Assembly (NCBI GenBank): GCA_003694635.1
Contig: RFKQ01000075.1
Coordinates: 1 to 51,717 of the forward strand
Source: Planctomycetota bacterium
GTDB taxonomy: Bacteria; Planctomycetota; J132
Length of the DNA stretch: 51,717 nt
Direction of reading: 5' to 3'
Made by a program: the position numbers and the translations under genes. This document shows, piece by piece, positions 9,786 to 19,160 of this stretch (the first letter of the stretch is position 1; each line of letters begins with the position of its first letter). The notes beneath the pieces are model-generated. The model did no database searches. It was not told the origin of the DNA and saw only the letters and a list, made by a program, of their open reading frames with translations.

Positions 9786-11510
9786 ATGGAACATCCCCGC
9801 ACAAAACCAGCTCTATTTGGGCAAATCGCCCTAGAATTGGGATTTCTCTCCCAAGAGGAACTAGAGGAAGTACTGAAATATCAACAAAAACTCCAAAGCC
9901 TAGGGTACAGCGAATTCTTCGGCGATATCTGCCTGAAACTAGGCTATTTGACAAAATCCCAAGTGGATCAGATCATCCAATACCAACGCAATACCACTCC
10001 CACCCCTTCCCTAACCTACGGCCAAATTGGACTGCAAAACGGCTTTTTTACCCCCCAACAACTCCAAGAATGCATCGAACTCCAAAAAAAATCACCCACC
10101 TACGCCCCCATTGGACACTACCTACTGAAAAAAAACTACATCACTCCAGAAAACCATCAAGCCATCCTTAAAGCGCTTTCAAGAGCCTCCTCCCCATCCC
10201 TCCCTCCTAAAACCGTACAGCTCACAAAAACCTCCCCCTCAGAACTCAATCAGCTCTACGGACGTGTTGCCCTAGAATACGGCATGGTAACCCCCCAACA
10301 ACTGGACGAATTTTTCTATAAAAAAGCTCCCGATGCCCAAAAATTTAAAAAATTGGAAGACTATCTTCTCGCCAAAAATTATATTACCACTGGAGACCAC
10401 CATTTCATCATCAAAACAATCGAAAAAAGAAAAATCTCCGAAAAATATACCCAACGACAAAATGAACTAAAAAATATCCACTATGGCAAAGGCTGGGGCA
10501 AACAACTAACCGTCCAATGGATCCAAGAACAGCTCTCCCTAGGAGAAACAAAAACCTCTAAATCCAAAACCAATCTCACCGAAGCGGAAATCCACTCCAG
10601 ACTACTCTTCCTAAAAATCAAACAAATGTTCTCCCCCAACGTCTTCCGTATCGTCGCCCCCCTCTCCCAAGGTGGAACAGCGGTGGTCTACCGAGCCATC
10701 TACCGCCAAACCGGCCAAGAAGTAGCCATCAAAATCCTACCCTCCTACGAAGTCTCAAAAGACGTCCTACCAAGGGATATGCTCCAAGACCAAGCCAGAG
10801 AAAAAAGATTTCAACGGGAAAAACTTATCCTCCAAAAAATCCATCACCCCAATATTGTCCAAATTTTAGATGCTGGCGAAGTCCAAGACTTTTCGTATTA
10901 TGTGATGGAACTTCTGGAAGGACTCACGCTAGACAGAATTATCTGGAAAGCCAAATACCTAGAAGAACGCTACGCCCTGGAAATCACCCTCTCCATCGCC
11001 CTAGCCCTTGAACATATTTGGAAACTGTCCGTCTTCCATAGAGATGTCAAACCGGACAATATCCTCATCCTACCAAATGGAAACATCAAACTACTGGACT
11101 TTGGATTGGCCAAACACCACCCACCAACATCTAAAAAACAAATTACGCCAGAAAATCTTATTCTAGGGACCCCTTCCTACATGGCCCCAGAACAATCTGG
11201 ACTGCTAAAAAATTTTGACCCAGATATCCGATCCGATATCTACTCCCTAGGTATCACCCTCTTCTATATGCTCGCCGGACACCCCCCCTACTCCCACCCC
11301 TCTCCCCTCTCTCTCATGATGATGCACCTAGAAGAAGAAATCCCCTCTATTCGACAAAAACGTCCCGAAATCTCACATCAAACCGAATCCATCCTCCAAA
11401 AAATGCTAGCCAAACACCCAGACTACCGCTACCAAACCCCATCTGAGCTGATCAACGACCTAAAAAAAGCCCTAGCTTTCTTTCTAAAAGAAAGAACCCA
11501 ATCTCCCTAG
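9786..11510 (+). CDS. Hanks-type Ser/Thr protein kinase with six N-terminal MshEN/T2SSE_N-like 24-aa repeats
   Basis: Kinase motifs present are GGTAVVYRA...VAIK, HRDVKPDNIL, DFGLA and GTPSYMAPE. An example N-terminal repeat is LFGQIALELGFLSQEELEEVLKYQ. Confidence 0.9.
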   Translation: MEHPRTKPALFGQIALELGFLSQEELEEVLKYQQKLQSLGYSEFFGDICLKLGYLTKSQVDQIIQYQRNTTPTPSLTYGQIGLQNGFFTPQQLQECIELQKKSPTYAPIGHYLLKKNYITPENHQAILKALSRASSPSLPPKTVQLTKTSPSELNQLYGRVALEYGMVTPQQLDEFFYKKAPDAQKFKKLEDYLLAKNYITTGDHHFIIKTIEKRKISEKYTQRQNELKNIHYGKGWGKQLTVQWIQEQLSLGETKTSKSKTNLTEAEIHSRLLFLKIKQMFSPNVFRIVAPLSQGGTAVVYRAIYRQTGQEVAIKILPSYEVSKDVLPRDMLQDQAREKRFQREKLILQKIHHPNIVQILDAGEVQDFSYYVMELLEGLTLDRIIWKAKYLEERYALEITLSIALALEHIWKLSVFHRDVKPDNILILPNGNIKLLDFGLAKHHPPTSKKQITPENLILGTPSYMAPEQSGLLKNFDPDIRSDIYSLGITLFYMLAGHPPYSHPSPLSLMMMHLEEEIPSIRQKRPEISHQTESILQKMLAKHPDYRYQTPSELINDLKKALAFFLKERTQSP

Positions 11511-11571
11511 TCCTCCGCAACGAATAAAATCGCAATCACCACTTTTTTTTTTAAAAAAGCCCGAAAAAACG

Positions 11572-12585
11572 ATGAAATTTTCTCTTACCCCTTTGTCCAA
11601 ATTCAAATCATCTTTGCCTATTTTGCTCTCCATAACTATCCTAATCCCAATCCCCCTACTCCTCTGGCTAGGCTACCTATGGCAAATCGCCCCCGGCATG
11701 CCTTTCCTAGACCTTCTCTCCGTAGAAAAAAAAACCTTCGTCGTCTTGGGCGATCCCCAACAAACCAGCTGGTGGGAAACCACCTTCCTGCAAAGATCCA
11801 ACAATCGTAAAGTCACCACCCGCCTCTTCCAATTTATCGCCGCAGAACAACCAGACTTTGTAGCCCTACTAGGAGACCTGGTTTTCTACGGCGCAAACCA
11901 CTCCAATTGGACAGACTTTGATCTCTTCGCCCAACCCTTGCAAAAAAGAGGAATTCCTACCCTTACCGTCCTAGGAAACCATGACTACTTCGGCCCCGAT
12001 TCGATCGCCTTGGCCAATGTGTATTCCCGATTCCCACAACTGAGCCAACAACATTGGTATCTCCGAATCTACGGCAGCCTTGCCCTGATTTTCTTAGACT
12101 CCAATCAGTCCGCCATGCCCCCCTCCCACTGGCAAAAACAAATCCATTGGCTAAAAAATACCCTAACCTCCCTCGAACAAAACCCCCGCATCCAAGCCAT
12201 CCTATTCCTCGCCCACCATAGCCCCTACACCAATGACCTCTACTCCCCAGATGCCCAACACCTACGCCCGTGGTTAAACCTCTTCTTCTCCAGCCCAAAA
12301 TCCATCCTCTTCCTAAGTGGACACTGCCACGGCTATGAACACTTTGTCAAACAAAAGAAACATTTCGTCGTCTCTGCAGGCGGTGGCGGCCCCCGCAAAA
12401 AACACCTCCAAGGCCCCAACCAACGCCACCCCGATCTCTACACCGGCCCCTACCCTCGCCCCTTCCACTATCTGCGCCTCCAATTGCAAAAGTCCCACCT
12501 CCACATACAAGCGATGGGACTCTTTTCCAACTCCCTCCGCTGCTTCGATGAGTTTTCCATCCCCCTCCCCACCACCCCCCAGTGA
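11572..12585 (+). CDS. Membrane-anchored calcineurin-like metallophosphoesterase
   Basis: It has an N-terminal TM helix, then VVLGDPQ, GDLVFYG, GNHD, AHHSPY and SGHCHGYEH, which is the metallophosphoesterase motif series. Confidence 0.8.
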   Translation: MKFSLTPLSKFKSSLPILLSITILIPIPLLLWLGYLWQIAPGMPFLDLLSVEKKTFVVLGDPQQTSWWETTFLQRSNNRKVTTRLFQFIAAEQPDFVALLGDLVFYGANHSNWTDFDLFAQPLQKRGIPTLTVLGNHDYFGPDSIALANVYSRFPQLSQQHWYLRIYGSLALIFLDSNQSAMPPSHWQKQIHWLKNTLTSLEQNPRIQAILFLAHHSPYTNDLYSPDAQHLRPWLNLFFSSPKSILFLSGHCHGYEHFVKQKKHFVVSAGGGGPRKKHLQGPNQRHPDLYTGPYPRPFHYLRLQLQKSHLHIQAMGLFSNSLRCFDEFSIPLPTTPQ

Positions 12586-12613
12586 TCCTCATCCCCTGAG
12601 CATCCCCTTATCT

Positions 12614-12793
12614 AACCTACTCGTAAATCACCGGGGTTAAATACTCCCTCGCATGGGGACGAAAATGGGTCTCCATTAAATTCTTATAGTAAACCTATTT
12701 TAGACGCCTTCGAACAACCTACTCGTAAATCACCGGGGTTAAATACTCCCTCGCATGGGGACGAAAATGGGTCTCCATTAAATTCTTATAGTA
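12614..12793. repeat. 78-bp perfect direct repeat (12614-12691 = 12716-12793) separated by 24 bp; the second copy is the 3' end plus stop codon of the CDS at 12719..14146
   Basis: The string aacctactcgtaaatcaccggggttaaatactccctcgcatggggacgaaaatgggtctccattaaattcttatagta is read twice in the sequence. Confidence 0.95.
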
Positions 12794-14146
12794 TTTGTAA
12801 AAATACTCGTGCTCGTGGGGAGGGAAATCACTCCACTCAATGGCATATCGAATGATCTCATCAAAATAGCCCCTGTCGTAAAACTCAATAAGCTTGTCCT
12901 CCAAATCGCTGAAATTTTCCTCCACAAATTTGTTAAAATCCTCCTCCCCATAGTATTCCTCGGAAAGCTTTCGATGGTACTCATACTTCTCCAACTGACT
13001 CCTGTTGGGATCATTGAGGACCTTTAAATACCTCTCCTGCTCCATGTCCATCCTCAAATCCTTCTCCGTGACAGCACAGTAAATAATCCACTTCAACAAA
13101 GCGCCAATCACCCAAAGAAAATGCACGTGCAAAGAAGTAAAATTCGTGTCTGGACAAGCGTTGGCAAAATCAATTGGATGAATGATATTGTCCTTGATGA
13201 TCGCCTCGTAAGAGTTGTAATTCCAACGATGGTAAGAGTTGATAAACTTCACATAACTCGCAAGCCGCTCAAACATGTCCTTGTTGACCTTTAACTTCTC
13301 CTCCGAATAATGTTGATGGTGCGGCTTGTCCGGCTGATAACGCATGGGAATGATCTGAGGACCTAATGCCATACAACGAATAAAAACATCATAATCCTCA
13401 ATCGCCTCTTGCAAATGAAACGCCTTACCCCCCGTTTCGTCATATTTGGCGTACAACTCCTCCAATGAGCGCACCTTATACACTTCGCTGCCACCACCGC
13501 CTTGAGCCTTCTTAAGATAAAGGGGGAATTTATTGTCAAAATATTTCTCCACCGCCTCCTTGAGGTAATTTCCTTGATAATAAAAATCTTGGCGCATCTT
13601 TTTGTTGAGCTTTTGAAAATGAAGCGCCCGCTGATAATCGTGCTCCACCTTCTGCCAATCCGTCTGGCGCCGCCGCTCATCCCAGCCATATTTGGTGTAC
13701 TTAATGATCAACTGCTGGCGGTACTTCCACAAATCTTCCTTTTCCAACTCCTCCGTGTAAGGGCTGTATTGGGGCAACAACACCGTGATGGGAAACCTGT
13801 CCTTGGGATGCATCGCCCGAGCCATCAAATCGTACGTGCTATGCTTGTCATGGTTGGCAAAAGAATTGGGGTAATTTAAAATCTGCATCTGAGACTGCAC
13901 CGCCGCCTGGGCCCAATAGCGGTAGAAATCATTCCAGTGTACCGTGCGATCCACCACCAAATCCGCCTTATCCCGCAAACTCACCCCACACTGAATGGGC
14001 TCAGCAATCACCCGATCCAACTCCACTTTGTATTTTTTGCCCTTATAAGTGTAGGTCCTGTCCAAAAAACGATTGATCTCATTGCAAGCCCGACGCATGC
14101 TCCAGTCGTAAGAGGCCATAATGCAAATTCTCTTTTTGATCGCCAT
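12719..14146 (-). CDS. ATP-grasp-like ligase family protein (uncharacterised)
   Basis: The layout resembles ATP-grasp enzymes: an N-terminal pre-ATP-grasp region ([22 protein letters not shown]), a glycine-rich loop [35 protein letters not shown], and [12 protein letters not shown]. No precise family was recognised. Confidence 0.5.
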   Translation of the reverse strand: MAIKKRICIMASYDWSMRRACNEINRFLDRTYTYKGKKYKVELDRVIAEPIQCGVSLRDKADLVVDRTVHWNDFYRYWAQAAVQSQMQILNYPNSFANHDKHSTYDLMARAMHPKDRFPITVLLPQYSPYTEELEKEDLWKYRQQLIIKYTKYGWDERRRQTDWQKVEHDYQRALHFQKLNKKMRQDFYYQGNYLKEAVEKYFDNKFPLYLKKAQGGGGSEVYKVRSLEELYAKYDETGGKAFHLQEAIEDYDVFIRCMALGPQIIPMRYQPDKPHHQHYSEEKLKVNKDMFERLASYVKFINSYHRWNYNSYEAIIKDNIIHPIDFANACPDTNFTSLHVHFLWVIGALLKWIIYCAVTEKDLRMDMEQERYLKVLNDPNRSQLEKYEYHRKLSEEYYGEEDFNKFVEENFSDLEDKLIEFYDRGYFDEIIRYAIEWSDFPPHEHEYFYKYYKNLMETHFRPHAREYLTPVIYE

Positions 14147-14348
14147 AGCTTCCTTAAAATCCCTTCTAAATTTTTAAAAACTTTCCAAAAATTCAACTTG
14201 ACCAACATTTGCTCGGAAATTGTATCCTCTCCTCCTAGAAAAACAACCCTAAATTCCTTGAAAATTTCCCCCACCTTCCCTATAATATACCCCGCTCCCC
14301 TCTATTCGGTATCCACCCTTCTGAACGCCCGCCAATCCCTAAGCAACC

Positions 14349-15062
14349 ATGCGCTACGCCTTTATCTCTGATATCCACAGCAACTACACCGCCCTAAAAA
14401 CCGCTCTGGAGAAAATCCAACAACTCCAAGTGGATAAAATCCTATGCCTCGGCGATATCGTCGGCTATGGAGCCGAACCCAATGAATGCCTAGCCGCCGT
14501 AAAAAAATACTGCCACTACACCATCTTGGGCAACCATGACCTGGCTCTAATCGAAGAAAACGCCGCCAAAAACTTCAATCCAGAAGCCAAAATCGCCATC
14601 GAATGGAACCGGAAAAAAACCAAACGCAAATATTTCCACTTCCTCCGCTCCCTTCCCTATAAACTTAAATTCAAACACTTCCTCGCCGCCCACGCCAATC
14701 CCTGGCAACCCAAAAAATGGACCTATGTCCACCACCACACCGTACAACCCGCCCAATGGCAAAACCTCCACCCTCCCCTCTGCTTCATCGGACACTCCCA
14801 TATCCCCGTGGTGATCACCCCCAAAAAAGAATACTCCACCCACCACTGTAAAATTCCTCCTAGCCAAAAATGCATCGTCAACGTTGGCTCCATCGGCCAA
14901 CCCCGAGACGGGGATAGACGCCTCAGCTTCGGCGTCTACGATACCAACAACGGCCTCTACCAACTCTTCCGCCTGGACTACGACTACGAACGAGCTGTAA
15001 AAAAAATCCGCAACGCCGGCCTACCCGCCTACCTATCCAACCGCCTGCTCTTTGGAAAATAA
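14349..15062 (+). CDS. Metallophosphoesterase family protein (YfcE/MJ0936 or PrpE-like)
   Basis: Motifs present are FISDIHSN, LGDIVGYG, GNHD and GHSH. Confidence 0.8.
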   Translation: MRYAFISDIHSNYTALKTALEKIQQLQVDKILCLGDIVGYGAEPNECLAAVKKYCHYTILGNHDLALIEENAAKNFNPEAKIAIEWNRKKTKRKYFHFLRSLPYKLKFKHFLAAHANPWQPKKWTYVHHHTVQPAQWQNLHPPLCFIGHSHIPVVITPKKEYSTHHCKIPPSQKCIVNVGSIGQPRDGDRRLSFGVYDTNNGLYQLFRLDYDYERAVKKIRNAGLPAYLSNRLLFGK

Positions 15063-15247
15063 TTTCCCCTTCACCAAACTCCCTTGCCAAGCGCCCATTC
15101 CCTCCTCCACCAGCATTCAAAATCATCCCTCCCCAAAGTGCCTTAGCAAGAAAGGATTGGAAATCTTTATCTATCTCCTCCAAAGTGCCTTGCCAAGAAA
15201 GAGTTGAACAACCATCCCCCAAAATCCCCTTCCTCTTCTAAAAAATT

Positions 15248-16456
15248 TCAACGCCCCAACAAATCCGCCATCTTATCCAACCACTCCAGCTCCCGCTGCT
15301 GGGCCAACCACTGCACAATCGCCGGATAAACCACCCGATACGCCCGCTTCCCACAAGTTAAATCCACATGCCCAAACCCCCGAAAACTATGAAAAGTCTT
15401 GTCCCTACTGGAAACCGCCCGATACCCATAAGCATACACCGTATCATCGCAAACCAACTTATCCCGATCCCCCGCTATAAAATAAATGGGTAAAGTGATC
15501 TTGTGCAAATTCTTCGTGTAATTGTACGGACGCTTAAGATGACGCAATACATTGTACTCCGTCAAATCCCGATAAATACACCAATACGTAAACTGCGCCA
15601 AAACCTTTCCACTAATGTTGTCCACCGTGTGGCGAATCACCGCCTCCATCAAGCGAGGCGTCATATTTGGCGGATACCACGCATAATCCGCAGGAAAACG
15701 CATCCCCAAATACTCAATCACCAACCGCCGCCGCTGGTGAGGATTGGAAATCACAAAGCGCAACAAATCGTAAAAGGGAAATTTGTCCATCATATGAAAG
15801 GAATACATCGTCGTCTTTCGACCGGGGAAACCATCCAAAATCAAGTTGTAATCATAATAATTCTTCCGGGCAACCGTCCGAAGAGAAGCCGGATACTTCC
15901 ACGATAACCTCGGCGGAGAAGCAATCACCACCAACCCCTTTAAGCTCCGATTTCGCTCCCTAGCCAATTGAGCCGAAGAAACCACACGCCCACGGCGATT
16001 GTAATAGACCCCCTGTAAATACATGTACGCCACCATCCCCCCCATGCTAAAACCAATATAAAAAGGCTTTTGCCCCGTTCTCCGCCGTATCGTTTTGATC
16101 AACGCATCCACATCGTAGATGGCAAAATCATCCACACTCCAACGCCGACGAGGCGCCTGGCTGCGATATTTCCCCCTGCCATGGCCGCGAAGATTGGCAA
16201 TCCAAACATCATACCCCTCTGCATAAAAGTATCTCGCCATCGATTGATTGGGATAAGGCAAATCAAAAGTAAATCCATTTTGCCCAAGACCATGCACCAG
16301 CAAAAGCGGCTGAAAGCCTGGACGAGCATAACGGCGTAGGGCCAAACGCACCCCATCGTCCGTGTACGCATACTCCAACTGCGCCCGAGGAGCCTTTGCC
16401 CAAATCCAACAAAAGGGGAAACAACAAAAAAGCCATAACATCATCGCCTTCTTCAT
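15248..16456 (-). CDS. Secreted alpha/beta-hydrolase (lipase/esterase-like)
   Basis: It has the nucleophile elbow GFSMGG and LLLVHGLGQNG. I chose the internal ATG at 16456 (MKKAMMLWLFCCFPFCWIWAKA signal peptide), which is preceded by AAGGAG 8 nt upstream. The longer ORF to 16639 lacks support. Confidence 0.75.
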   Translation of the reverse strand: MKKAMMLWLFCCFPFCWIWAKAPRAQLEYAYTDDGVRLALRRYARPGFQPLLLVHGLGQNGFTFDLPYPNQSMARYFYAEGYDVWIANLRGHGRGKYRSQAPRRRWSVDDFAIYDVDALIKTIRRRTGQKPFYIGFSMGGMVAYMYLQGVYYNRRGRVVSSAQLARERNRSLKGLVVIASPPRLSWKYPASLRTVARKNYYDYNLILDGFPGRKTTMYSFHMMDKFPFYDLLRFVISNPHQRRRLVIEYLGMRFPADYAWYPPNMTPRLMEAVIRHTVDNISGKVLAQFTYWCIYRDLTEYNVLRHLKRPYNYTKNLHKITLPIYFIAGDRDKLVCDDTVYAYGYRAVSSRDKTFHSFRGFGHVDLTCGKRAYRVVYPAIVQWLAQQRELEWLDKMADLLGR

Positions 16457-16474
16457 CGCTTCTTCTCCTTCCAT

Positions 16475-16505
16475 AAAAAAAAGGCAAGGAACCAAACCTT
16501 GCCTT
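16475..16505 (-). terminator. Rho-independent terminator-like hairpin on the minus strand (AGGCAAGG-tttggtt-CCTTGCCT followed by T8)
   Basis: On the + strand this reads aaaaaaaaGGCAAGGaaccaaaCCTTGCC. On the minus strand a 7-9 bp GC-containing stem is followed directly by eight U. It lies about 300 nt downstream of the GT39 gene stop and abuts the hydrolase start region. Confidence 0.6.
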
Positions 16506-16803
16506 CTCTCTCTTTCCAACTTAATCGATATTCTGATTTGTAAAATGCAAACTAGAACAACTTCTCCAAATCCACCAACAAAAAACTCCCCACTCCCCTC
16601 CAGAACAACGCCGAAAATCCGAAGGGAAAACAAAACCAAAACCTATTTTTGTCCCTAACCTCAACTCCATCATACAAGGACCTCTTCTCCAACGCTTTTA
16701 TAGCGCCAAACCTTCTTCGCTTTTTCTCTCTCTTTAGTATAAAGCAGCTAGGGAATATTTTCAAGCAAATTTTTCCCTCAGAACCGAACTTTCTCCCCCG
16801 CCC

Positions 16804-18522
16804 CTATCCCTCTACCCCATCCTTCCCACTCCCATCTCCCCCCCCTTCCAAAGGCTGGTTGGAAAGAAGTAAAAAATTCCCATACCGATAAACAATTACG
16901 TAGGGAAGATGCGAATACAACCGCTGAAATCTTGTTCGGAAATCCTTCCAAAACGCTAGAATATATACCCGCCGGGAACGGTCCCTCAAAAGCGGAGGTA
17001 CATCCTCAAACGAAAGAAAATAATCCCTACTCGGCCGCAAACGAGCGCCATAGGTAATCTCTCCCAATGCCCCAATGTGGGGAATGCGGCGCCGCAGATA
17101 AAATAACGCCGCATAATCCCGATTGTGAAATAAAAATACCCTGTCCCCCGGACGTAAAACTCTCTCCAACTTCTTACATACCCTCTTGGAAGAACGTATC
17201 CCACTAAAAAATTGTAAACTATAAAACCCCACCAATAACATCAAAAAATATCCACCAAAAAATACCCAAAAAAACTCCCAATCCCTACCCCGCCTCAAAA
17301 AATATATCCCACCCACAGCACCAAACGCCAAAACCACCAAACCCACTAACGCATAAATCAATCCCACAAACTCCACAGGAAGCTGATCCAAAGAGGGTAA
17401 AAAGTAAAATTGGGAAAACCACGCCACCCCAGGCAAAAGCAAAAGAAGCGCCAAAAATACATACCATACCCCCCTCTCCCAACGATGAAAAGATAAATTC
17501 TCAAACAAACCCCCAGAAATAATCGCTAAACACGGCAAAAGCGGAAGCACATAGGTCGGCAACTTGGACGCGGAAAGAGTCAAAAATAAAACATCACCCC
17601 CTAGCCATAAATAAAGCAAAAGTTCCTTGTCCTCCCACCGACGAGAGGAACGAAAACGACGCACCAGCGCAAAAATAAATAAAAAACTCCAAGGCATAAA
17701 ACCACTCAATAGATAAAGAAGAATCGCATACCACACATCCCCATGATGAATCGAAGAATCAAAAAAAGCCTTGAAATTCCGCGTATAATAAAAATAATAA
17801 AAATACTCCGGCGTCTGAGTGTAAATCGCTAAATGCCAAGGCAACTGTATTAGCACAAAAATCAAAATTCCACTAAAATACGGAAAACGCCTTAACGCCT
17901 CCCAAGGACGCCTCCAAACCACATACAAAAACAACGGCCAGCCCACCAAAATCAAAGAAATCGGCCCCTTCAACAACATAGATAAAGATAATACGCCCGC
18001 AAATAAACGCCCAAATCGAGCGGAATATCGCTGCCCACCCACACCATCCTCCCCATCAAAAAAATAACGAAATAAACAATAAAAACTCAAAAGCACAAAA
18101 AACGTCAAAGCCATATCTATCGTAATAAACGTACTTAAAATCGCATGCTCCATCGCCGTCAATAACAACAATCCCGCAACAAATGCCGCACGCCTAGAAT
18201 AAAAACGCAAACCAATCAAATACGTCAATACCCCACTCAACACCCCCCAAATGCCCGCACTTACCCGGGCCGCAAACTCATTCACACCAAAAACTAAATA
18301 CGATACCGCTACAAAATAATAATTAAGCACCGGCTTGTCCAAATAAGGCACATAATACAAATGGGGAGTAACCCAATCCCCTAACTCCAACATCTCCCGC
18401 CCAACCTCCGCATACCTGGACTCATCCCGATTCCATAAAGGACGAGAAACACTCGCCGCAACATTGAAGATCACTCCCAATAAAATAATACACAAAATGT
18501 CCTGCTTCCTATCCGAAAACAT
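16804..18522 (-). CDS. GT39/ArnT-PMT-like polyprenyl-phosphate-dependent membrane glycosyltransferase
   Basis: The N-terminus RPLWNRDESRYAEVGREMLELGDWVTPHLYYVPYLDKPVLNYY matches the ArnT/PMT_2 signature (DE..Y, first periplasmic loop). It has at least 11 hydrophobic helices and a soluble C-terminal domain. Confidence 0.8.
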   Translation of the reverse strand: MFSDRKQDILCIILLGVIFNVAASVSRPLWNRDESRYAEVGREMLELGDWVTPHLYYVPYLDKPVLNYYFVAVSYLVFGVNEFAARVSAGIWGVLSGVLTYLIGLRFYSRRAAFVAGLLLLTAMEHAILSTFITIDMALTFFVLLSFYCLFRYFFDGEDGVGGQRYSARFGRLFAGVLSLSMLLKGPISLILVGWPLFLYVVWRRPWEALRRFPYFSGILIFVLIQLPWHLAIYTQTPEYFYYFYYTRNFKAFFDSSIHHGDVWYAILLYLLSGFMPWSFLFIFALVRRFRSSRRWEDKELLLYLWLGGDVLFLTLSASKLPTYVLPLLPCLAIISGGLFENLSFHRWERGVWYVFLALLLLLPGVAWFSQFYFLPSLDQLPVEFVGLIYALVGLVVLAFGAVGGIYFLRRGRDWEFFWVFFGGYFLMLLVGFYSLQFFSGIRSSKRVCKKLERVLRPGDRVFLFHNRDYAALFYLRRRIPHIGALGEITYGARLRPSRDYFLSFEDVPPLLRDRSRRVYILAFWKDFRTRFQRLYSHLPYVIVYRYGNFLLLSNQPLEGGGDGSGKDGVEG

Positions 18523-19160
18523 CGTAGAAATCCTCTCTGCAACTTTCTCTTTTTTTAAAAACTCTTGCGATTTAGAAAAAAAACCCTTTGTAAAACAACA
18601 TCTTTTCTATGAAAACGCCTGATCAGGGGGAAACCTCTTCAGAAAAATGCTCCCTCTCCCACCCTCCTCCCAAAAATTTTCTTACTTTTTCCTAAAAACT
18701 TCCCAAACTCCCCTCCATACTCCCTCCCAAAAATTTAAACAAAAACTTGCATTCTATCCCAATCCATCCTATGATATACCCTATATCCCCACAAACTCAA
18801 CCCCTCTATCCCTAAATCCCACATCGAGAAATTTACTCCACCCTACAATAAAAAATTATGAAAAATCGATACACCACCCTCTTCCTCTCCCACTTCCACC
18901 CGGGAAAAAATCCTATAAAATAGGAAAAATCTTTGAAAACTTCATCAAAGAAAATCTAACCTTCCCAAGATACGAAATCAACCAAAGAGGGTTCGCTATA
19001 CCAGTATGGAACTCGACTTCTCCAAAGAAGCCATGCAAATTCTATGAAAACTTCTCCAAACAAGATCAAAATCTTAGAAAAAAATCCATAAAATCAATTT
19101 ACCTAATTTAAAATTTGAAGTCCACTCTTCCTCTCCCCAAATCCTAACCATATCTCTTCC

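Noticed and set aside
18647-19111. 154-aa + strand ORF in the long GT39/GT87 intergenic region
   Set aside because: The N-terminal two thirds are low-complexity P/S/T/L. The region is a patchwork of degenerate repeat leaders on the opposite strand. No SD or domain was recognised. It is treated as non-coding, though a small real gene in the last ~70 codons cannot be excluded.
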